Positions 22,090 to 33,350 of a stretch of 33,635 nt of DNA are shown here, in pieces; positions within the stretch are counted from its first letter, which is position 1, and every line of letters begins with the position of its first letter. Both the position numbers and the translations under genes were made by a program. This DNA is from Chiloscyllium plagiosum. Taxonomy: Eukaryota. The notes beneath the pieces are model-generated. The model worked only from the letters and a program-made list of their open reading frames with translations, searched no databases and was not told the DNA's origin. The DNA lies in the NCBI RefSeq assembly GCF_004010195.1, contig NC_057728.1:53114904-53148538 (forward strand), written 5' to 3'.

Positions 22090-22160
22090 TAAAAGTCAAT
22101 TAATTTATTAAATCTATTAAAAGTCTATTAATTTATTAAAAGTCAATTAAATTTATTAAA
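22090..22160. repeat. AT-rich short tandem repeat (~3 copies of AAAAGTC(A/T)ATTAATTTATT)
   Basis: Direct inspection of the sequence. Confidence 0.75.
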
Positions 22161-22728
22161 GCTGTGTGTACAGGCATGGGGGAGGGGAGTACAGTGGGGC
22201 AGGTCAGAGAGAGTTGGGAGTGAGAAAGAAACTCAGCCATTGAACTGTGTCTCAACTGAGAGCAAAGTCACAAATTATTGACAAGCACAGAAGCAAGCCA
22301 TTCAGCCCAAAAGGTCTATGCTCAATGTGAACCTTCTCCTGCCCCACTTTGATGCACCCCATCAATACTGTATTCTGTCCCTCTCTTCCCCCATGTGTTT
22401 ATCCAACTTCCCTTAAACACTCGTCACTATAAGTATTCTGTGTGAAAATGAGTATATGTTTTATGGGTAAGTAAGTTTCTGTTGACTTTACTGGATTTAG
22501 TAGTGGCTACCTTATGTTTATGCTCTCTGCTTTAATCTCAGAAGAACTTACTTGGCAGTGCGGATAATGTGCCAGACTCTAGGTGAAAGATTCTGGGTTC
22601 AAGTCCCATGACACGACTTGGTGACCATGGAAGGTGTGTTTATAAGATGGCTAAATCCTTTTGATTTGCCTACAGTGGATGGCATGAGTGTGAGAGTCTC
22701 TAGTCTCTGAAGCTTGATGTGTAATGTA

Positions 22729-23183
22729 TATAGGCTCATGCCCGAAACATCGATTCTCCTGCTCCTTGGATGCTGCCTGACCTGCTGCGCTTTTCCAGCA
22801 ACACATTTTCAGCTCTGATCTCCAGCATCTGCAGNNNNNNNNNNNNNNNNNNNNNNNNNNNNNNNNNNNNNNNNNNNNNNNNNNNNNNNNNNNNNNNNNN
22901 NNNNNNNNNNNNNNNNNNNNNNNNNNNNNNNNNNNNNNNNNNNNNNNNNNNNNNNNNNNNNNNNNNNNNNNNNNNNNNNNNNNNNNNNNNNGCCCCTCCC
23001 CCAAGTCCCTCCTCCCTACCTTTTATCTTAGCCTGCTGGACACACTTTCCTCATTCCTGAACATAGGCTCATGCCCGAAACGTCGATTCTCCTGCTCCTT
23101 GGATGCTGCCTGACCTGCTGCGCTTTTCCAGCAACACATTTTCAGCTCTGATCTCCAGCATCTGCAGTCCTCACTTTCTCCTC
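22729..23183 (+). mobile_element. Partial-tandem PLE terminal insertion G spanning an assembly gap
   Basis: Two direct copies of ATAGGCTCATGCCCGAAAC..CAGCATCTGCAG lie either side of the Ns. TSD core GTGTAATGTA (22719-22728, 23184-23193). Confidence 0.8.
22835..22991. other. Assembly gap (157 N)
   Basis: Run of n characters. Confidence 1.
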
Positions 23184-24809
23184 GTGTAATGTACACAGTC
23201 AAGCAACAGGCTGGTGAGCTGTTCTGGGAGAAATGGGTATATACGCAATAGGTCTCATGAGTCACTGGACAGAGGAAAGCCTGAGTCAAGTGAAAAGTTG
23301 CCCTGAGATTCTACATTAGTCTAATTACACATGGGCTTGTCTTTTGTTTTAATCAACTTGTCAAAAGAGCATCACACCAAGTGCAGAACCTAAATCAAAA
23401 CGTTTTCAGTACTGATGATGTTGCACTGTCAGAAGGACTACTTCAGATGAGATGTCAAACCTGCTGCAAGGTAGGAAATGTAGCAGCCAATTTGCACACA
23501 GCAAATTCCCAAAAAGGATGTTGCTTGAGGGACTGAATTGAATTGAATTAGGTTTACTGTTACTTGTCCTCACATGAGTACAACGAAAAGTTTGTAAGTT
23601 GCTACTTACAGTACATCTTAGATACTAAAGTACCTAGGTACAGAATCTTGGTACAGTATATAGCAGAAAAGTAAAGAAATCAAAGTTAAAAAGTTAAATT
23701 CTACAGTCCTTATTACTAAAAAGTAGAAAAACAAAGAAACACAGTTAACGGTTGAACACCACCACAATCCATTAGCACCTAGCTATGTTGGCTCACACTC
23801 CTCACAAGAGCTTGACCTCTGTTAGATATTGATATTAGACAGGGCACTGTAAGGATATTCTTTTTCAAAATAGTGTCATAGAACCTTTTGCATGCACCCA
23901 AAAACAGTCAGAGGAGGATTCACCATTACATCTCATCTGAAAGATGGAACCTATGACAGTGCAATGCTCTGGAGTGCCTGCCTTGATTTCTGTGCTCAAG
24001 CCCTTGAACCCTGAACATTATGACTCAGAGGAGAGAATGAGAGAATGCTACCAATGGAGCCATGACTAGTCCTGATAAACTCATGCTCACTGATAAACTC
24101 CTCCATTTAATCTCTACCATTACCCCTCTGCTCTGAGGGCAGCTATCCAATATCTTTAGCAATTACTTCTCCACTTGTCTGATGAAGTGACAGGTTGCTG
24201 CCATACAGGAAGAATTCAGATTTGTAGCTGAATGGAAGCAGATCATACTTGATGAGATTAAATGTTGGTAGTGAAGGAACACTGCTGACTCTCAACAAAA
24301 AGGTGTTTTGTTTCACATCCTGTGAACCAGGCGTGTCATAAAAATGACAATTGCAGCATGTCAGGACACATTGTTCAAACAACCCATCCTTTCACTTTCC
24401 TGTTGCTTCCAAATATGAGATTCCAATTATGGAGCTGCCTGGCAACATATGGCTGACTCATTGATGGAGATGTTAAGCCTCGCTTACAGTAACCCTCATA
24501 CTCATGTTGCAAATTCACACTGTATGTTTGCTTGCAACTGAATGAACATCTTTAGTCTGAATCTGCAATATTTAAGTCCTTGCTCTTTGATTACCAGCCC
24601 TCCACCTTACCTCTCCAACATCCAAAATCTCCACAGCCTACACTCCCTTTCTTCTCTCTCCTTCCCCTGCATCCTGTGCATGTGGCCCTCAAGACCCAGG
24701 TCACTCAGGCTCACAATTTTCTTTTGCAATCTGGCCCTGTTTGAACATCGTAGACAATTGGAGAAGTTTGTGTTTAATTCTGTAACTCCCAGATTGCCTT
24801 TTAAAAAAA

Positions 24810-25510
24810 ATTTGTAGGATGAGAGTGTCATTAGTTGGGTCAGTATTTATTATCCATCCCTAATTGCCCTTGAGAAGCTAGCGGTGAGTTGCCTTCTTGA
24901 ACCTCTGTAACCTGTTGCAACAGTGCTGTGACAGAGGCAGTTCTTGGATTCTGATCCAGTGACATTGAAGGAACAGTGACCACATTTCCAAGTCAGGATG
25001 GTGTTTGACTTGGAGGAGAGTTTGCAGGTGGTGGTGTTTCAGAGAAGTGTTACAGTGCAGAAGGAGGCCATTCAGCCCATCATGCCTGCACCAGTTCTTC
25101 AAACAAGCATCATTAACTTGTAGAAAGGGAGGAATGCAGATGCTGGAGGTCAGAGTTGAGTGTGCGGTGATGGAAAAGCAAAGCAGGTCAGGTAGGATCC
25201 GAGGAATAGGAGAATCGACATTTTGAGCATAAACCCTTCATCAGGAATCTTTATCATTAATTTGTGCCAATCTCGTGCTTTTCCCTATACACTTTCAAAC
25301 TATTTCAATTCAAATAATCATCCCATGCCCTCTTGAGAATCTCAATTGAACTTGCCTCCACCACATTTCCAGGCAGAGCATTCCACACCCTAAATACTCA
25401 CTGTGTGAAAGACATTTTCCTCACATCACCCTGGCTTGCTGTGCTTGTCTTTGATGAAAGACAAGGTGGTGTCGAAGGAGCCTTGCCACTTGCTGCAGAG
25501 TATCTTGTAG
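24810..25510 (-). mobile_element. Nested cluster: non-LTR 3' end interrupted by a CR1 3' fragment (~25040-25435), itself interrupted by PLE F
   Basis: The outer element breaks at GGTGGTGGTGTTTC and resumes at CTTGCTGTGCTTGTC. The inner CR1 tail is AGAAGGAGGCCATTCAGCCCATC...GCCTCCACCAC..GGCAGAGCATTCCA..CACTGTGTGAAA. Confidence 0.65.
25122..25252 (-). mobile_element. Solo PLE terminal insertion F
   Basis: Minus strand begins a few nt before ATTCCTGATGAAGGG. 13-bp TSD ATCATTAA(C/T)TTGT (25109-25121, 25253-25265). Confidence 0.85.
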
Positions 25511-25549
25511 CAGAATAAAGAAAGAACTTGTGTTTATATTATGCATTTG

Positions 25550-25960
25550 TTTCTTCTTTTTCTGCTGGGATAGTCCCTGGAGACCAGGAATGACTTCCTT
25601 CCATCCAGGAATTGTGAGTCCCGAGATGACTCAACAATATATGACTGGATTAGTATACTCTCACACTGGTGATTTTTTTTGGGGGGATGGGGTGTTTGAA
25701 GTGGTGAGTGGGATGTCTGCACATTCCATTGTTCACACTTGGCCTGCACCTGGGCCTATTGTAGAAGCTTGTGGCAGTCGGTACCTTTGCGGATGCTTCT
25801 TCTCCAATTTTGGGCATATTGAACAATTTGCAGGGAGGGTTTGAGGATGTTTGAAGCATTCCCTTTGCCTTGGTAATTGTTTGCTGTGATGGAGCTCAGA
25901 TTAGAGAACGTTTTTTGGGGAATCTTGAATTGGGCATTCAGACAATGTGGCCCACCCAAT
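25550..25960 (-). mobile_element. RTE-clade LINE C-terminus and 3' end (decayed)
   Basis: Minus strand reads ..LKPSL..WRRSIRKG.. and ..LLSHLGTH (cf. RTE C-terminal SHLRTH), with a short 3' UTR and an AAGAAGAA tail. Confidence 0.6.
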
Positions 25961-26243
25961 GCAGGTTATAGATAGCAACCTGTACTTCAAAGCAAAGGAG
26001 CCCTTTTAAAACACTTAAAATGTGTTCAATTAAATTGAATCAAATTAACCACTTTAAAGGGCACCAGCCCCTTACCAGCCAACCGAGGAGTATTATTAGG
26101 CCTGGGTGCAAGGAGATTTGGGCCAAGGGAGGGATTATAGGTTTCGGGTCCTGGAGGGATGCTGACATGAATGTTTTCACGGATCTGAGAGCCTAAAAAC
26201 TTTCTCAGCTCTGATATTCTTGGCAGTGTGGAGGACCAGAGGG

Positions 26244-26453
26244 GAAAGTGAGGTCTGCAGATGCTGGAGATCAAAGTTGAAACTTTATTGCTGGAACAGC
26301 ACAGCAGGTCAGGCAGCATCCAGGGAACAGGAAATTCGACGTTTCGGGCACAGGCCCTTCCTCAGGAATGAGCAGAGAGTGTTCAGCAGGAGAAGATAAA
26401 AGGTAGGGAGGAGGGACTTGGAGGAGGGGCGTTGGAAATGTGATAGGTGGAAA
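26244..26453 (-). mobile_element. Solo PLE terminal insertion H inside the CR1
   Basis: Reverse homolog of ~165-354 plus the tail. 13-bp TSD GAGGA(C/A)CAGAGGG (26231-26243, 26454-26466) duplicates the CR1 codons EEQR. Confidence 0.9.
26334..26369 (-). ncRNA. Best-preserved minimal hammerhead ribozyme motif
   Basis: AUUC CUGAGGA A GGGC cugu GCCC GAAA C GUC GAAU: 4-bp stem I (AUUC/GAAU), 4-bp stem II, intact core, palindromic ACGU in place of stem III. Confidence 0.8.
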
Positions 26454-27574
26454 GAGGAACAGAGGGATCTGGGTGTGCAAGTACATAGATCCCTCAAAGT
26501 TGCCACCCAAGTGGATAGGGTTGTTAAGAAAGCATATGGTGTTTTGGCTTTCATTAACAGGGGGATCGAGTTCAAGAGCCGCGAGGTTTTGCTGCAGCTC
26601 TACAAGTCTCTGGTGAGACCAAACTTGGAATATTGTGTCCAGTTCTGATTGCCCTACTATAGGAAAGATACAGAGGCTTTGGAGAGGATGCAAAGAAGGT
26701 TTACCAGGATGCTGCCTGGACTGGAGGGCTTGCCTTATGAAGAAAGGTTGAATAAGCTCAGACTTTTCTCTCTGGAGAGAAGGAGGAAGAGAGGAGACCT
26801 GATCGAGGTGTACAAAATAATGAGTGGAATAGATAGAGTCAATAGCCAGAGACTTTTCCCCAGGGCAGTATTGACTGGTACGAGGAGTCATAGTTTGAAG
26901 ATATTAGGGGGAAGGTATAAAGGAGATATCAGAGGTAGGTTTTTTACGCAGAGGGTTGTGAATGCATGGAATGTGTTGCCAGTTGTGGTGGTGGAAGCAG
27001 AGTCATTGGGGACAGTTAAGCGACTGCTGGACATGCACATGGATAGCAGTGAGTTGAGGGGTGCGTAAGTTAAATTACTATGTATTACATTAGGATTAAA
27101 CCACGGCACAACATCGTGGGCCAAAGGGCCTGTTCTATGCTATACTTTTCTATGTTCTCTATGTTCTGTAACCTGCGGATATCTGACCAAATTCTCTTTA
27201 TTTGTAAGTTTCACAAACTAAACTCTTCTGCAAAGGTGACTTATTACCTCAAGTGCCATGAACTTCCCCTAGTTGAGAAACTAAACTTGCTTCGAAATTC
27301 AACACTAGTTTTCTGAACTGAATTTAAAACTTGCTCAATCCTATCTTTAGTCTGCCTGTCGTTAAACAAACACTGTAAACATCTTTTCAGAAACATTGCA
27401 GGGGATTGTGGCCAGTTGGTTTCTGGCAACTGTTGGATTTAAGTCACAGTTCCAGAAGGTCTTTCTGACATTCTTATTTTTTTAAAAAATGCAAACCTTT
27501 CACAGAAAGAACCAACACTCACCTACCCCTATTTAGAAATCCAAGTTCCAAAAAAAAAATAACCTTTAATCACA

Positions 27575-28110
27575 GATAACACAGCCTTGCTTCACCGCAG
27601 CTTCATGTATTCAGAGTATGGTAGATCCATTAATGAAGATTACTGCTTGAACGTTGTTGTGAAGAAGGCAAAGGATAATTTCTACAAGCAGCTAAATTTG
27701 AAAGTGACACTCCATAATTACTCCCAATTCACACAGTTTGAGTCCTTTGTGAATTTGAAGGCCATGTGTAAATGTTGTTACTTCCTGCTCTTTTCTTGAA
27801 TTTGGCTTGCTGTGAAGATCATGTCCACTGTGCCTCTTGGTAGATGGGTCTGCACTTTAAACTAGAACATCAGTCACTGGGAGGAGGAGATTGAGGGGGA
27901 TTTTTGCAGTGACCTTCCCTGTGGTGGGCAGCAGGTAAAATTCCCCTGTAGTTACTGCAATTGGTCTTAGTTCCTTTCTTGAAAATGGTCACAATTAAGC
28001 ATCTCAGATCCCCTGGCATGCTTTCCTCATCCAAGTGAGGGACATGAGGCAACGTATTTGCACCAAGAGTACTGCAGTAAATCTAAAGGGTTAACAGTGA
28101 GTTTACCAAT
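27575..28110 (-). mobile_element. RTE-clade LINE RT fragment (decayed)
   Basis: IVTIFKKG..CSNYRGI, RGTVDMIFTASQIQEK..LHMAF, LLHNNVQAVIFINGST and VKQGCVI motifs across frameshifts. Confidence 0.85.
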
Positions 28111-28669
28111 ATCATGATAGTGGAAGTGTTTCACAGTCAATGGACTAATTTCATCTTGATCTGTAGCTACTGTTGCAACATAGAAAACTCAGCTGTTAAT
28201 TTTAACACAACAAACCCCCACAAACAACAATGCGATAATGATCAGTTAATCTGCTTCTTGTGATGTTGCTCAGGACACTGAGCATAATTCACCTATGCTT
28301 CTTCAAAATAGTGCTGTCGGTTCATTTATACTGACCTGGATGGCCAACATGGTGCTGGCTAATTTCTCATTCAAAATTGGCACTGTAGACTCAAGATGCA
28401 TGAAAAGATATGGGAATGTTGATTTTGGCTTTCTGAAGCTGGAATAGTGCAGAAGTATCAATACTTGTTCTGAATCTGTCTTTGGTTACACTTTTACTTT
28501 GCATGCTTGCCCCAACCTTTCACATCTAACTGGTGGCGGGGCTCAGGGAGTTTGTATGCAAATGATAGTCCATGTATGAATTATCTGCCAGGTCTTCTCG
28601 CTGTCAAAAAAATGTGCTAGCCAAGAAAACACACACCATATGAGGCCTGATGCTGAGTCCCCATGATCC

Positions 28670-28850
28670 TCCAGGATCTCGGTGTTCCTCCTATTCTGGC
28701 CCTTCGAACATCCCCAATTCCCATTGCTCCACTATTGGTGGTGTGCCTTCAGCTGTCTAAGTCCCAAACTTTGGAATTCTCTCCAAAAAACCTTTCTTCC
28801 TCCTACATCTACTTCCTGCTTAATGCCATTTATTAAAAGCTGCCTGTTTA
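28670..28850 (+). mobile_element. L2-clade LINE C-terminal fragment
   Basis: TIGG.AFSCLSPKLWNSL(P/Q)..LLK..LF-like coding remnant. Confidence 0.65.
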
Positions 28851-29974
28851 TCTGAGAATATTGTCAGGAAAATTGTAATTTCACACCTTGTGTACTGGCT
28901 GGCTTTCCATGGTAACATTACCACTATCTCATGCTGTGAGTGCCTTTATGTTCAGTTCATGGCAGCCATTAAACACACACCATTTGAAACATGGTGTCAG
29001 AAGTGGAGCTGCTGAAAATATGTGGACTATCAAAGTTGTAAGAGAGCCAACTACTGGCAGAAACAGCAAGTAGAAAAGCAAACAGTTTGCAACTTTGAAT
29101 GATCAAATAAGTCAAAATGACTTTTTGGAAGAAAAGAAATTGAGCTGTAATCCTCTTGAAAGAATGCTATAAACTATAATGCAGCCTAGACATCATTGAG
29201 GAGCAGAAAGGCCCAAAACAACAGATTTTGTAGACACACTTTGGACCCCATATTAACGTTACTTCTGAATGAGATTTGTTCAACATCAGACTTTGAGGGG
29301 AGGGGGGAGACCCTTGATTGGTATGTCACCACATATACTGGGTCACTTGCATAACTTATAAATGCAAATGTTAGTGCATGAAATTGGAACCTTGTGGAAT
29401 TGGAATATTTGGAAAAATGCATTGTGGATATTTTTAACCAAACTTTCAGATATATTATGACACACCTCTGGGGCAGGTAAAACTTGAACTCAGGCCTCCT
29501 GGCCCAGAGATGAGGTCTCAAGAAATACATTGTACCCTTGATGTACTGGCTGCTTTGCTGCAGTCATAATAAATCTGCCTCTGTTGTGAGCCTAGACTGG
29601 GGGGGAGGCATTAAATACACTTGAAACATATATGGTCACCTGCTGTAATGCCTTCTTATGCATCTGATTTCACTACTGATTTGGATCATTGTTTTGATGC
29701 TAAAGGGGCTTCTTTATGAAAATTGCAGTACAGTATTTAATCTCTGTTCTAAATTATTTGTCATCATCTCTGATAACATTCTGGTCAATCTATGCTTTGT
29801 TCAATACATTATTTGGATTTCAGTGTCCTTTTCATTATGAGGCCTTCAATTCCTCCCATAGTATCTCAACTTTGATCTAAAGAATATTAACACAAAACCA
29901 TCATTACCTCTTTACCTTGTGTCAACACCTATTTCTCACCACGGGGATGGACAGTCTGGATCCACAAGAAGATG

Positions 29975-30375
29975 ATACCTGTCTATTGTCTTAGAGCAGA
30001 AGGCCAGTCAGTGTTTGACTACCTCACCAAAGATGCATCTACATCTCATACAGTGGCAAACACTCTCAAAAAATACTTCAGGCCAAAGAAAAGTGTGATA
30101 ATTGAGTTGTACATATTGCACCAGAGAGCTCTTCACAGTGAGATACCCACAAAAATGTGTCCATGTTGTGGACGTAACCTTTAGTTCTCAACATGTCCAA
30201 ATCAAGGGGAGAAAAATGTAAATTGCTCTTAAAGTCACATACTTTGCAAAGATGTGAGGGGGAAGACTTCCTCAGTTCATCATGTGAAGGAACTAGTTTC
30301 TGAGAGGCTTGGAGAGTATGGCATATGTACACCTCAAGGATGGTTAAGCACGCAGGCCATTTCAAGGTTTGTTCT
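29975..30375 (+). mobile_element. Decayed Gypsy-type gag fragment
   Basis: YCLRAEGQSVF..LKKYFRPKKSVIIE.Y.LHQRA resembles Gypsy gag (LGAEG..F..YF.PK.NV..ER..F..R). A downstream GHFKVC may be a zinc-knuckle remnant. Confidence 0.55.
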
Positions 30376-30725
30376 GTCAAAATTGTAGACATTTCTGCAA
30401 CACTGCTCAATGACATCAGTGTGCCAACACCTATATTGAGTGAGAAAGTCTACTGTTTGCATTTTCTCAATATTCTTACTCCTGTGACAGACACAAAGGA
30501 ATTAATGGTCATGGTGGGAATGTGGAAACAATGACAATGGATCAATTTGCTAAATGACATCGTATTGGATATGAAGACTAGTCATTGCACAATGCAAAAT
30601 GGCATTGTCCTTAAGATGGTCAAAAATGTTATCATTCCGGACAACTATCCACTTCCTGCAATCCCAGGACTATCACTTAGTTTCATGACTCCACCATCTT
30701 CACAAAGCTGGACGTATCAGAACTA

Positions 30726-31376
30726 GAAGAAAGAGAGGACTGCAGATGCTGGAGATCAGAGTTGAAGAGTGTGGTGCTGAAAAAGCACTGCAGGACAGGC
30801 AGTATCCAAGAAGCAGGAGAATCGACGATGTTCCGGGCATAAGCCCTTCATCAGAAATGTTGGAGGAGGGGAGAAGGGGGCTTAGAGATAAACAGGAAGG
30901 TGGGGGTGGAGGTAAGTAGCTGGGAAGGTGATAGGTAGATGCAGGTGGGGGGGGTGATAGTGATAGGTCGGAGGGGAGAGTGGAGTAGATAGGTGGGAAG
31001 GAAGATGGAAAGGTCAGACAGTTCATGAGGGCAATACGGAGTTGGAGGAATGGATCTGGGATGAGGGGGGGGGAGGAGAAATAAGGAAACAGGTGAAGTC
31101 AATGTTGATGCCGTATGGTTGAAAGGTCCTGTGGAAGATGAGGTGTTCTTCCTCCGGGTGTTGAGTGGCTTGGATTTGGCAGAGGAGACGGCCCAGGACT
31201 TTCATGTCCTTGGTGGAATGGGAGGGGGAGTTGAAGTGGTTGACCACAGGGTGGTGGGGTTGTTTGGTGTGTGTGTCCCAAAGATGTTCCCTAAAACATT
31301 CCACGAGTTGGTGTCCTGTCTCCACAATGTACAGGAGGCCACATCGAGCCCCAATGTAGAGGAGACCACATTGAAC
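30726..31376 (-). mobile_element. 5'-truncated PLE (insertion I) with a GIY-YIG endonuclease remnant and terminus
   Basis: CGLLYIG..ETGHQLVECFREH..PVVNHFNSPSHS..EEEHLIF..TFQPYGINIDF (ORF 31023-31325). Terminus with CTGATGAAGGGCTTATGCCC. TSD 30712-30725 vs 31377-31390 (12/14, core TCAGAACTA). Confidence 0.92.
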
Positions 31377-31964
31377 ATGTGTCAGAACTATCTGATCTGT
31401 GCTTCAGCGCTGTAGAATGCTCTACAGAATAAGTTCAGCATCTAGAATATAGAATATTGTTTCTTCAGTCTTATTAGACACTGAAGGGACACTGGTATTG
31501 TTGTTGTCCACAGAATGAGCAAAGCAGAACATAATAACGAAATAGGTGATGCTCACTTCACTCACCCAACACAGTCTTATGCCCAACTGCACATTACAAC
31601 ATTCAAGGCTAACTTTCTAGGTTACAAAGAGGCTATTGGAGTAACGGGTTAATCACCTAACTGAGGATTAATAATTCTTGCTGCTTTTCCATGCTAATCT
31701 TGGTTCAACCAATCAGCATCATATTCTCATGCTGTATAAATGATTGCTTCCTTTCCATAAGTTTTTCTGTTGAATTTCACTTCCAGATGAAAACGCTTCA
31801 ACTTTGTATCTCTTTTTAGTAAGTTTATATTAGGCACCACCGAGTAACCTAGAGGTGCCGCTGGTGAACACATACATACTGAGGCATGCTTTCCATAGTT
31901 TGCTTCTCTTGGAAAAAGTCACTAGTCTGAAGATTGAGGCTTTAGCTTGAGTGGCAAAAGTCAA

Positions 31965-32687
31965 TCATGGCTTCCCGAGGACGAAAAATATCGATTGTGC
32001 CAGGAGGACCATCAACTGGGTGAAAGATGTTCTTTGGTCTGCTCAGAACTTATGTTTTCCACAGCAAGGAGGTGACCTTAAGTGTTGCAGACTGGCAGAG
32101 TCCAAGGTCCAGGACTATGTGCTGACAGATGTACTATAGCTTGGGGCAGCTACCGCCAAGTTGCAGTGGGGAAAGACCACCATCTAAAGTATTCATGCCA
32201 AAACACAACAGGTGTCCAGTCAGTTATCAGACTCTCTTGTTTCCTCTAATATATATAAGTATAGTATTGTATGAGTAAGAAATGCCTTGGGTTTGTTTGT
32301 TCTAAATGTATAAAGATGATGTACAGAATCAAATTGCTCCAAAGACTGTGTATGTTTACAAAGATATTTTAGTTAAAAATCACACACCACCAGGGTCTTG
32401 TCCAGCACGTTTATCTGGAAGCGCTACCTTTCAGAGCGCTGATCCTTCATCAGGTGGTTATGGAGTATAAGGTCATAAGACACAGAATTTATAGCAAAAG
32501 TTTGCTATAAATTCTGTGTCTTATGACTTTATACTCCAGAACCACCTGAAGGAGCAGCGCTTCCAGATAAACCTGTTGAACTACAACCTGGTGTTGTGTG
32601 ATTTTTAACTTTGTCCACCTCAATTTAACACAGGCACCCCAACTCAAAGATATTTTATGAATAATGTATATTTTTGAAATAAAAAAA
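31965..32687 (+). mobile_element. Tx1/L1-like LINE C-terminus, 3' UTR and A tail, interrupted by PLE E
   Basis: INWVKDVLWSAQNL..CCRLAESKVQDYVLTDVL*LGAATAKLQWGKTTI* (stop 32185-87), then an AT-rich UTR ending GTATATTTTTGAAATAAAAAAA. Confidence 0.7.
32372..32644 (+). mobile_element. Palindromic PLE terminal insertion E (same subfamily as D)
   Basis: Arms 32371-32498 / 32501-32610 with a 2-nt spacer. 13-bp TSD CAAAGATATTTTA (32359-32371, 32645-32657). 34-nt tail. Confidence 0.9.
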
Positions 32688-33350
32688 GCCAACTCAACCA
32701 TGGCTCACCAGGACACTCTTAGCTATGGTGGAACAATATGCTAGCTGACATGGTATAAACGTATCTTCCATAATCATTAAACCTAGGGTTGCAACTACAA
32801 ACCTGCAGATTCTAACAAAAATGCTGGTTCTGTACCACAGAACTCCTTTCTAGCAGAACACTGAACTGAAAGCAAGTGTTAGGCACGGGTGCAGACATTT
32901 TTAAAGCACTGTACTGAGATATGAACAAGGTGTGTCATTTCCACAAATTTCCAAAGGCAACAGAACCTCTATGATCTATAACCTAGTTCAGAAAAAAAAA
33001 GACAGGGAACTGAAAAATTGGCAAAGTTAAATTTCACAATCTGGTCTGACGTGGGCTAGTTTAAAAGAAGTATTTGCTGTGACTCGCTTCAGTTATTAAC
33101 CAGTAGGCACCTGGGTCTGACACATTTCGATCGGCAAGAAAAAAGGTTCGAGCTGGGAACTGAGAAGATTCTGTCAGTGCACTAAAGCATGTAGGATGAA
33201 TTCATTATTAGAGACTTTCAAAGTAAACATGGATAAACTTGAGAAGGCAAATTAAACAATTAAGAGGGTAATAACAGAACCAAACGCAGCCACAATTATC
33301 ACTTTTCAACTCTGCCAATCATCCTTTATTCTTTTTATTACAATCTGGCA

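Larger units (their letters stand above)
26215..27170 (+). mobile_element. 5'-truncated CR1 LINE (ORF2 C-terminus + 3' UTR)
   Basis: EEQRDLGVQVHRSLK..LYKSLVRPNLEYCVQF*(W>stop 26646-48)LPYYRKD..LERMQRRFTRMLPGL..FSLERRRKRGDLIEVYKIM..FFTQRVVNAWN; stop at 27068. GGGCCAAAGGGCCTGTT stem-loop and (TTCTATG)n-like tail. Confidence 0.95.

Noticed and set aside
22651..23060. ORFs spanning X runs
   Set aside because: Artefacts of translating through the N gap.
24143..24382. Possible host exon in unique sequence
   Set aside because: No recognisable protein similarity or convincing paired splice sites; I cannot support it without RNA-seq.
26271..26891. Longest ORF (206 aa, minus strand) as a gene
   Set aside because: It is the antisense frame of the CR1 ORF2 remnant fused to a PLE terminus, with no independent domain signal.
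26418..27068. Functional reverse transcriptase CDS
   Set aside because: Only the C-terminal part of CR1 ORF2 remains, with a premature stop at 26646-48 and a PLE insertion.
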